Shown: piece by piece, positions 57,117 to 64,000 of the stretch
How positions within the stretch are numbered: position 1 is the first letter of the stretch
Layout of the letters: every line of letters starts with the position of its first letter
NCBI GenBank assembly: GCA_963706445.1
Contig: OY970160.1
Coordinates: 480,001 to 544,000 of the forward strand
Length of the DNA stretch: 64,000 nt
Source of the DNA: an uncultured Nitrososphaerales archaeon
Lineage (GTDB): Archaea; Thermoproteota; Nitrososphaeria; Nitrososphaerales; Gagatemarchaeaceae
Direction of reading: 5' to 3'
The notes under the pieces: model-generated
What the model was told of the DNA's origin: nothing
Database searches by the model: none
What the model saw: only the letters and a program-made list of their open reading frames with translations
Program-made: the position numbers and the translations under genes

Positions 57117-58008
57117 TGTCGCACCACCTGCAAAGGCGCGACTGCTGTTCTCTCTCGCGGTTGTGTCTCCAAGGCTTCCGTCTGTATCGCGTTCTCGATA
57201 AGACTCTTCCAGCCCTTGACTTCTATCCCCGCTTTCTGTGCGGGAGTCTTCCCCTTCAAGGTCATGTGAGGCCTCGCAAAGTTGTAATTCACGACATATC
57301 CGTTCAGGATTGCTCTTGCCGAGTCCTGGTTCTTGAACCCGCGCATCGGGCGAGTCCTTTCCTTGACCGTCTCGTGAAGTCTCTCGACTATGTTATTTGT
57401 CTCACGGACACGGATTCCCACCCTCTTGACCAGCTCGACCTGTGCGACCCTGTAATGCGAAAAGAAGACCTTCCTGAAAGCCCTGTCATACTGCATCGAT
57501 CCGTCCACAAAAAGGGCTTGGGGTCGCTTGTTGGCTGTGTCGATTGCCTGTCGGAATACCGCTACCGTGTCTTTCAGGCTTCGGCTTTCGGAAAGGTGAG
57601 AAGCGACTAGGAACCTCGTGTCTTCGTCAATCATCTCCCAGAACCATTGGTCTTGACCCTCGCATCTAATGACTGTCTCGTCGTGGTGCCACTTCCCGCC
57701 TATTTGCGGGGAAAGCGTCTTGACATACTCGCTGACCATGCCGAATACTTCCTCACCCACTTCCAGACCGTGACTTGGCTCACCTTCTCGCCGTAGATGC
57801 TCTCTAGTTGGCGCGAGACCTTCCTTACTGAGAGACCTTCAAAATACATGGACATGGCTGTGACGATGGCGGTCTTGTTGACTCTCATGTTTGGAAGGTT
57901 GCCGTTGTCGAAGAACCGCTTTCCGCATGAGATGCACTTGACTAACTGCTTGCCCCTCATAGAACCCGCTGGCTTGACCGTTTCCGAGAGGCAGTATTTG
58001 CAAGGCAT
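57113..58008 (-). pseudogene. IS6-family transposase (Zn-ribbon, HTH, DDE), split by a 1-nt frameshift near 57741
   Basis: CxxC..CxxC, GLSVRKV, WHHDET, FVDG and NNIVERLH motifs; two overlapping frames. Confidence 0.85.
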
Positions 58009-58077
58009 ATCCTAGGGATCCCATGGACCAGCCACTACTTAAGCCTATATCCATACGGATATCCCAAAGTAACACGC

Positions 58078-58745
58078 CTACTCAGAACCCCCAGAACGAT
58101 TCCATTCCGAAATGAAGAGACGTGAACTGTAAGGAATGACAGACAGAGGCGCATCTTCCATCGACACACCTATCGTGACATCTGAAAAACTAGCTGGAAT
58201 GCTGAAACCATTGGCAATGTCTATCGGAAGCCTTGCGAATTTTCCACCCTCGACGGCGAACGCTAATACAACGTGCCCCACTATTGTTGGATCGAAAGTC
58301 CCTTGCCTTTCAGTGAAATACTTCCGTCGTAGCCATTCTGAGAGTTCGTCTGGGTCGGCATTGACTTCTTCATCAGTCCTTAGGCGTATGGGTTCGTCGT
58401 GTTTCACCGTTCCAAGCCAACAGAGTGGTGCTCCGTCAAATTCTCCCTTATAGTGGATATGGGGGGTCGCTGACTTCGCTGTCGTCAGCCCTTCGTTTGA
58501 GAGCCGAGCAACAACCGCACCTACCTTCTTGTTGACCACTCTGAATGATGGGGTGGTTATCTCGAAGTTAATTAGCAGATTATAGGTCTTGACTATTTCG
58601 AAATGCGGTAAAGCCTTCTGTCTCTCCGCCCGTTCAATAAAAAACGCCTTCGTTCTCCATAGGCGACGACCGCTTCCAGCGAAAAGATTCCGACTAGCGT
58701 GATGGCGGAAATCAGGCCTATCCACTCGTCGGTAGTCAAATCCAA
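58078..58745 (-). pseudogene. IS passenger membrane-anchored hypothetical protein, frameshifted in a T6 run near 58640
   Basis: MDLTTDEWIGLISAITLVGIFSLEAVVAY TM start in one frame continues as IERAERQKALPHF in another. Confidence 0.5.
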
Positions 58746-58852
58746 GCGGCTGTCGGCAGATGAGACAGAAGCAGACTAATATCCTTTGGGATATCCATGA
58801 GACGAGCCGTGCAACAAGGTTAACAGTATCCGGTAAAAGTGCTCGCGCAGAA

Positions 58853-59449
58853 ATGCCGTCGAGGATTGTAGCCATCGGTCCCGGGTCCATAGCCAACGCA
58901 GCCGGGCTCGTACGCAAGGGCGGCCTGGTCGTCTACCCGACGGACACGGTCTACGGCCTCGGGTGCGACCCTTTCAACGAAGCGGCCGTCAGGAGGCTCT
59001 TCGAGGCGAAGGGGAGAGAATCGAAAGCAGTGTCTGTCTTGTGCGCGTCTCTGGCTAAAGCAGCTGAGCTTGCGGAACTGAGCCCAAGGGCCATGGAGCT
59101 GGCGCGGGCGCACTGGCCCGGGGCACTCACCATGGTGTGCCCGGCGAAGAGGGAGTTCCCAGGGCTGATTACTCAGGGCAGCCCCGACGTGGGGGTGAGG
59201 GTCCCCTCCCACCAGGACTGCATCGAGCTCCTTACCGCCTGCGGGGGGTGGCTGACAGGGACCAGCGCCAACAGGTCGGGGAGGCCCTCCGCCAGAGACG
59301 CCCAGGAAGCCATGAGGCGGATAGGTGAGTCGGTGGACCTGATACTCGACGGCGGCCATCTGACCGGAGCCGAGTCAACCGTCGTCCGGGTGTCGGGAAA
59401 CGAAGTCGTACTCTTAAGAACCGGTCCAGTCGGGGTCGGACAACAGTGA
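58853..59449 (+). CDS. sua5: Threonylcarbamoyl-AMP synthase (YrdC/TsaC domain)
   Basis: YPTDTVYGLGCD, KGR, WPGALT, TSANRSG and STVV motifs. Confidence 0.93.
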   Translation: MPSRIVAIGPGSIANAAGLVRKGGLVVYPTDTVYGLGCDPFNEAAVRRLFEAKGRESKAVSVLCASLAKAAELAELSPRAMELARAHWPGALTMVCPAKREFPGLITQGSPDVGVRVPSHQDCIELLTACGGWLTGTSANRSGRPSARDAQEAMRRIGESVDLILDGGHLTGAESTVVRVSGNEVVLLRTGPVGVGQQ

Positions 59450-59969
59450 CGGGCAGACGAACCTCATAGTCACCTCAGCAAAGGGCCTGGAGGCGAGGGC
59501 CTCGGCCGAGTTCAAAGAGATAGCGCTTCAGGCAGGCATCCGGAAGCTCACCATCGACAGGTCGGCCTACGACGGCATCATCGAGGTAGGGGTGGAGGAC
59601 CCGAAGGCTCTCCTCTCTTTCATCACGGAGTTCGTCCGTTCTGAGCCGTTCAAGGTTCGGTTCATCCTGAGGATAATCCCCGTCGACCGCGTAGTCGACA
59701 CAAAGAAGCAGGACATTGTGAAGGCAGTCAAGGAGCTCTCGGAGGCCATCGGGCCAGGCGAGACCTTCAGGATTACGATCGAGGCAAGGGACTCGCCCTA
59801 TTCCGACAAGGACCTGATCGACGCACTCGCCGACGCCGTGGACAGGAAGGTCAGCCTGGACTCGCCCGACAAGGTGGTCCTGCTGGAGATATTCGGGGAA
59901 TACGCTGGGGTCTCAGTGATCTCCCCCCACGACATAGTGAGCATCCAGAAGTTGAAGCGGGCCACCTAG
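59446..59969 (+). CDS. THUMP-domain RNA-binding protein (Tan1-like); 5' end lacks an in-frame canonical start
   Basis: NLIVTS..G.E..A, RIIPVD, TFRITIE.R and V.L..PD..V..E motifs. Confidence 0.75.
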
Positions 59970-60400
59970 CCCCTGAAGGCGCTTAGGAGCGCCGCCTTCT
60001 CGACATTTCCAAGCTCTTCCTCCGACAGTTCATTTTTTGGAATCTCCTGGAGTCCTGGGGCCGCCTTCACCCTGCGCGGACCTGCGACGACGACGATGAA
60101 CGGTTCTCCTGCCTTCGCTCCCTTCTCCCTTATGGCCCGGGCAATCTGGGTCGTCCCGGCTGCTCTGAGCAACAGGTCGATCTCCGGCTTCTTTGCCAGG
60201 AGGCTTTCAGTCGACTGAGCATGAAAAGACTGGGCGGCCAGGAGCCGCAGGTATGCCGGGTTCCCATCCGTGTTCGACCTCAATGACTGAACCAAGTAGC
60301 CCGGGTTGAGCTCGGCTAGGCGCGACTTCGCCTCTTCCGGCTTGTCTCCGAGGCCGAACAGGAAGGCCCTGACGAATATCCTCAGCCAATCACCCGCCAT
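59966..60400 (-). CDS. cgi121: KEOPS subunit Cgi121
   Basis: LAKKPEIDLLLRAAGTTQI..AI...G and EKAAL motifs. Confidence 0.8.
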   Translation of the reverse strand: MAGDWLRIFVRAFLFGLGDKPEEAKSRLAELNPGYLVQSLRSNTDGNPAYLRLLAAQSFHAQSTESLLAKKPEIDLLLRAAGTTQIARAIREKGAKAGEPFIVVVAGPRRVKAAPGLQEIPKNELSEEELGNVEKAALLSAFRG

Positions 60401-60647
60401 GGGAGAACGGTATCAGGGCGACCCGCTGTCCCTCCTTCAACTCCCGGCTCGAGCCCGCCGCGACGAAGGCCTCCCCATCCTCCACCATCACAATCGTGTT
60501 GTATCTGTTGAATCCGGGCAAAGGTTCTCTAGACATGCCCCTCACCCTGTCGACCAGCTCGGCGGCGCCAATGTGCGAAGTATCGACAGTAACTTCCTTG
60601 GAGCCTACGCTTGTACCTATATGGCCGAAACAGAGGACCACAATCAA
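60390..60647 (-). CDS. Ubiquitin-like SAMP/MoaD/ThiS protein
   Basis: beta-grasp size, L..G..V.LIP..HGG C-terminus. Confidence 0.85.
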   Translation of the reverse strand: MIVVLCFGHIGTSVGSKEVTVDTSHIGAAELVDRVRGMSREPLPGFNRYNTIVMVEDGEAFVAAGSSRELKEGQRVALIPFSHGG

Positions 60648-61465
60648 TCCTGATTCAGAAGAAGTAGCCTTTCCTTATACCTTCTTCCCTCGTATTCGGC
60701 ACCCGGAGGCAGGAGCCTCTCCGTCCTTCCTTCGAGCCTCTTCCGAAGCGTTGCGCCCGTCGCTTCGTTGAGCTCTTTCACCGGAAAGTTCACCGCGACC
60801 GGTCGGGGGTCGATGACGTGCATGGATGTCTTGCAGGGGAACAGCTTCCCCGATCTCGCTGCGTTCACGACGTCCTCCTTTCTTAACTTCCGAAGCAGTG
60901 CGACGAAGTTCCTCTCCGTCTGCAACGGCACGTCTATGTCATCCTCGGGGACGAACCGTCTCTTCCAGCCTCTTTCCTCCGACATACGGTCGAGTGCAAG
61001 GACCATGTCTGTCGCCTGACCCATATCCAACGGAGTTTCGGGAAGATAAGCGGCGTTCTCCGTCAGCACAGCCAACCCCGACTGCCGGTCGTCGAGGGCC
61101 TCGAAGGCCTGAGCCAGGGTCACCCTGCGTCTCAGATCGGCCACTTCCAGGGCCTCCGAGAGGGCGTCTCCGCCTGACAGTGTGTAGATCCTGGCCCATC
61201 TTCCAAGGCTAACCGTCGAAGAGCTGTACTCCACCGAGCAGCAGACTGCGTTTTCACATCCAAGGGACTGGAAGGCGGCGAGCCTGTGCATCCCGTCCAG
61301 GACAGTCAGGGTGTCGTGGTCGATAATGATGGGGTCCTTCTGCACGCCTTCGCGCATGATGTCCGCCTTGAGCCCTTCGACGTGCGAATGGATTATTTCC
61401 TCATGGGGGCGAAGTGCCGCGACTGGCTTGACGGCAAGGATAAACCCCGCCTTCGCCAGGGCCAA
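60644..61465 (-). CDS. ParB/Srx-domain protein
   Basis: LRPHEE, PIIID...VLDGMHRL and L.P.KTS.H motifs. Confidence 0.75.
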   Translation of the reverse strand: MALAKAGFILAVKPVAALRPHEEIIHSHVEGLKADIMREGVQKDPIIIDHDTLTVLDGMHRLAAFQSLGCENAVCCSVEYSSSTVSLGRWARIYTLSGGDALSEALEVADLRRRVTLAQAFEALDDRQSGLAVLTENAAYLPETPLDMGQATDMVLALDRMSEERGWKRRFVPEDDIDVPLQTERNFVALLRKLRKEDVVNAARSGKLFPCKTSMHVIDPRPVAVNFPVKELNEATGATLRKRLEGRTERLLPPGAEYEGRRYKERLLLLNQD

Positions 61466-61469
61466 AGGC

Positions 61470-61688
61470 CTACGCCTTCTGTTCTTCAGCGGATTCAGGC
61501 GCTTCTTCGGCGAGGTCCCGCTTGAGCGACTTCGCGAGGTACCCAGCTATTCTGTTTCTCAGCATCTTGGACGGAATCAACGCAATGTCCTCAAGCGCTT
61601 TCTTGTTCTTCTCAAAGTCTATTCCGAAGGCTTCAGGGTGCCGCTGCAGGAGTTCCTCTGATAGCCTCCGAGTTCTGTCCAACTTCAT
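61470..61688 (-). CDS. rps17e: 30S ribosomal protein S17e
   Basis: F..DFEKNKK and SK.LRNRIAGY motifs. Confidence 0.93.
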   Translation of the reverse strand: MKLDRTRRLSEELLQRHPEAFGIDFEKNKKALEDIALIPSKMLRNRIAGYLAKSLKRDLAEEAPESAEEQKA

Positions 61689-61711
61689 TCAAGCCCGATT
61701 GGGTGCCATGA

Positions 61712-62449
61712 TTAACCTTTCTCGCTTGAACCCAGGAATCTCGCCGCATTATGCACAGTCCGCTCCCTCGCCTCGTCAAACGTGACCTTCCAGACCTCAG
61801 CGAGCTTGAACACCACCGACGGGATCAGCGACGGCCCGTGGCCACCCCCTAGGGGCTTGTATCGGATGGGCGAGTCGGACTCCGTGAGGACCTGGGCTGG
61901 ATCCAGACGCCGGGCCATTCTCTGCAGCTTTTTGGAATACAATACCGCCGGTCCGAAGGAGACGTAGTAGCCGCGTGCTACCACCTCTGAGAGGAGGCTT
62001 TCGCCCTCAAACCAGTGCATCAGCACCCCATTCAGCTTGAAGCTCCCCAGGACGTCCAAAGTCGCCCTCTCAGCGTCCCTGGCGTGGACCTGGACGGGCT
62101 TTTGGTGCCTCTGAGCCGCCTCCAGTTGGGCCAGCAGTACCTCCATCTGTTTCCCCCTCAGGCCCGTCGAGGAGTATTTCGGGTCAAGCCCGATTTCCCC
62201 GATCCCTGCCGCTCTGGCGAGCGACTGTCCAAGCCATTGCAGCCCCTCGGTCTTTGCCGATTCTGAGGGGTGGATTCCTATGAATGCTCGGACCGTCTCA
62301 GGGTGCGTTTTAGCAAGTGCAGTGACCCTAAGGGATGTGCTTTCATCGATTCCGCAAGCCAAGAGCGTGGTTTGATTCGCCTGGGCAAGAGACAGCTCGG
62401 CTGGGACGTCGGTTCCGTCCAAGTGAAGGTGCGAATCGACAAAACGCAC
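61712..62449 (-). CDS. tatD: TatD-family DNase
   Basis: DSHLH, GIHP, GEIGLD, VHAR and TESDSP motifs. Confidence 0.92.
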   Translation of the reverse strand: MRFVDSHLHLDGTDVPAELSLAQANQTTLLACGIDESTSLRVTALAKTHPETVRAFIGIHPSESAKTEGLQWLGQSLARAAGIGEIGLDPKYSSTGLRGKQMEVLLAQLEAAQRHQKPVQVHARDAERATLDVLGSFKLNGVLMHWFEGESLLSEVVARGYYVSFGPAVLYSKKLQRMARRLDPAQVLTESDSPIRYKPLGGGHGPSLIPSVVFKLAEVWKVTFDEARERTVHNAARFLGSSEKG

Positions 62450-62650
62450 GCTTGCGCATGGCGAGGGTGGTATTTCAGCCCACGCTATGGCCTACCGACG
62501 CAAAGCGGAACGTAGGAACGAAGGTGTGCGGTTTTTCCACCTATTTTCGGAATAGGGGTGAAGTTGAGTTCTTTGGGGCCGAAAAAGGTCAGGGAAGCGG
62601 GCCAAAACGGCCAAAGGTTTTTAAATATACCGCGTGGATTGCAAAGGCGA

Positions 62651-62878
62651 ATGTCCAGTTCTGAGTTCGGCCTTGCGGCTGTCTACAGGGTGATAAAGAA
62701 GGCCGGCGCAGAAAGGGTTGGAGACGACGCAGCCATCGAGCTGAGGACGGAGCTCGAGTCCGTCGGGATGCAGATCTCGAAGGCGGCTGTCGAGCTGGCG
62801 GCCCACGCCGGAAGGAAGACGGTTAAGCCCTCAGACATCAAACTGGCTGCAAAGTCTGTCCTCAAGCAGAACCAGTAG
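62651..62878 (+). CDS. Archaeal histone
   Basis: [13 protein letters not shown]...L...A...[11 protein letters not shown] histone fold; TTTTAAATA box upstream. Confidence 0.95.
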   Translation: MSSSEFGLAAVYRVIKKAGAERVGDDAAIELRTELESVGMQISKAAVELAAHAGRKTVKPSDIKLAAKSVLKQNQ

Positions 62879-62970
62879 AGCCTTCTAGCCTGCGATATCT
62901 GATAACACCCCGTTTACACCCAATTTTCCCGGCACAACCACTATATTGACTACGTTTCGAGGCTGGCCGA

Positions 62971-63045
62971 GCCCCGGTGGTGTAGCCCGGTCAAGCATGT
63001 TACCCTCTCGAGGTAGCGACGCGAGTTCAAATCTCGCCCGGGGCA
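62971..63045 (+). tRNA. tRNA-Glu(CTC)
   Basis: GCCCCGG/CCGGGGC acceptor, CT-CTC-GA anticodon loop, GCGAG-TTCAAAT-CTCGC T arm. Confidence 0.93.
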
Positions 63046-63046
63046 C

Positions 63047-63081
63047 TGTACCTGCGGGTTATATTCTCCTCCGCGGGTACA
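63047..63081. promoter_or_regulatory. Inverted repeat enclosing the integrase TATA box
   Basis: TGTACCTGCGG / CCGCGGGTACA arms flanking TTATATT. Confidence 0.55.
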
Positions 63082-63098
63082 CTGCTGGGTGGAGTGAG

Positions 63099-64000
63099 TT
63101 GACCGCGAAGTCCCTGCTGGCGCTGCTGCCAGACCACGACAGGGCCACCGTCGAGGAGTTCGTCGTCTCCATCTCGCCCATGAGCGAGGTCAGGCTGCAG
63201 AAGTACCGCGCCTACCTCGGCAGGATGGCCACCTGGATCGGTAAGCCCCTGGAGGAGACGACCCGCAAGGACCTGGTCCGCGTCTGGCACGAGATCGACT
63301 CCATGGACGCTGAGCTCTGGACCAAGCGCGACTACGGCATGATGATCAAGCGCTTCTTCAGGTGGTTCAGGAACGAGGAGTTCGTCAAGGGGTTCAAGGT
63401 CCAGAGCGGCAGGGAGACGGTGGGGCCCGAGGACATCCTCACTGACGAGGAGCTGTTCAGAGTGTACCAGGCGTGCTACTCCCTCAGGGACAAGGCCCTC
63501 TCCTGCACGGCCTACGAGGCTGCCCTGAGGCCCCATGAGCTCATCAGGCTCAGGAAGACCGACGTCGCCCTGGACGACTACGGGGCCGTGGTCTACGTCC
63601 GGCCGGCCGCGACGGACTCGAACGCCAAGACGGGCGCCAGGAGGGTCAGGGTCGTGAACGCGGCTCCGCTGCTGGCCAACTGGATCGAGAACCACCCGCT
63701 CAAGGACAGGGACGCGCCCCTCTGGGTCGACATGAGCTCTAATACGACCTTCGAGCAGCTGAAGTGGACGGGGTACAGGAGGATAGTGCAGCGCTGGGCG
63801 CGGACCGCGAAGATAGAGAAGAAGTTCACGGCCTACCTGTTCAGGCACACGAGGCTGACGCACCTCGCCAAGTTCATGACCGAGGCCCAGCTCTGCATTT
63901 TCGCCGGGTGGAGCATCGGGTCGAAGATGCCCAGGATGTACGTCCACCTCTCGGGGAAGGACGTCGACGACTCTCTGCTGAAGGCCTACGGGCTGAAGAA
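63099..64000 (+). CDS. Tyrosine recombinase/integrase (truncated by the window end; not in the ORF track)
   Basis: TTG start; RD.A....YE...RP.E, KTG.R.V, YLFRH, GW..GS.M...YVHLS. Confidence 0.9.
   Translation, partial: MTAKSLLALLPDHDRATVEEFVVSISPMSEVRLQKYRAYLGRMATWIGKPLEETTRKDLVRVWHEIDSMDAELWTKRDYGMMIKRFFRWFRNEEFVKGFKVQSGRETVGPEDILTDEELFRVYQACYSLRDKALSCTAYEAALRPHELIRLRKTDVALDDYGAVVYVRPAATDSNAKTGARRVRVVNAAPLLANWIENHPLKDRDAPLWVDMSSNTTFEQLKWTGYRRIVQRWARTAKIEKKFTAYLFRHTRLTHLAKFMTEAQLCIFAGWSIGSKMPRMYVHLSGKDVDDSLLKAYGLK

Larger units (their letters stand above)
56786..58831 (-). mobile_element. IS6-family element with passenger genes
   Basis: 25-bp imperfect terminal IRs (56786-56810 and 58807-58831, 22/25 identical), direct repeat (C)GGTAAAA(G) on both flanks, DDE transposase, lower GC. 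Confidence 0.9.

Noticed and set aside
58760-58917. Extended N-termini of sua5 and of the IS passenger ORF
   Set aside because: They cross the IS inverted repeat and are artefacts of picking the longest ORF
62532-62560. TTTCCACCTATTTTCGGAATAGGGGTG as a possible origin recognition box
   Set aside because: Single degenerate copy with no adjacent orc1/cdc6; more simply a hairpin in the histone upstream region
63027-63947. 306-aa minus-strand ORF
   Set aside because: Antisense shadow of the integrase, which the track missed because it has no stop codon in the window

Overview
GC-rich archaeal chromosome segment. An archaeal-type SAM synthetase, RadB, Lsm, rpS17e, Cgi121, a histone, a BHB tRNA intron and TATA-box leaderless genes support this; a deep-branching, non-ammonia-oxidising Nitrososphaerota or related TACK lineage is my inference. 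Most of the window is housekeeping and heterotrophic metabolism: ETF plus a FadF-like oxidoreductase, pyrG, trpB2, tldDE, argS, class I FBP aldolase and FBPase, gdh, tpi and tRNA-modification genes. There are three tRNAs: Arg-CCG (with a non-canonical intron), Gln-CTG and Glu-CTC. The most notable region is 36.6-43.7 kb, a cytochrome-c-free Rieske/cytochrome b operon. It includes a membrane-anchored cupredoxin with an aberrant CuA-like motif and two large surface-anchored Ig-like proteins, its cytochrome b has the fourth heme-ligand His replaced by Lys, and a VKOR homologue with no cysteines converges on it. Other highlights are a LAGLIDADG intein in a non-canonical PurD-like ATP-grasp ligase, a complete cargo-carrying IS6 element (IRs plus TSD) inserted in the sua5 promoter, several unannotated small ORFs, a structured intergenic element and a tRNA-Glu-linked integrase at the right edge. 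All protein calls come from motif recognition, not from database searches.
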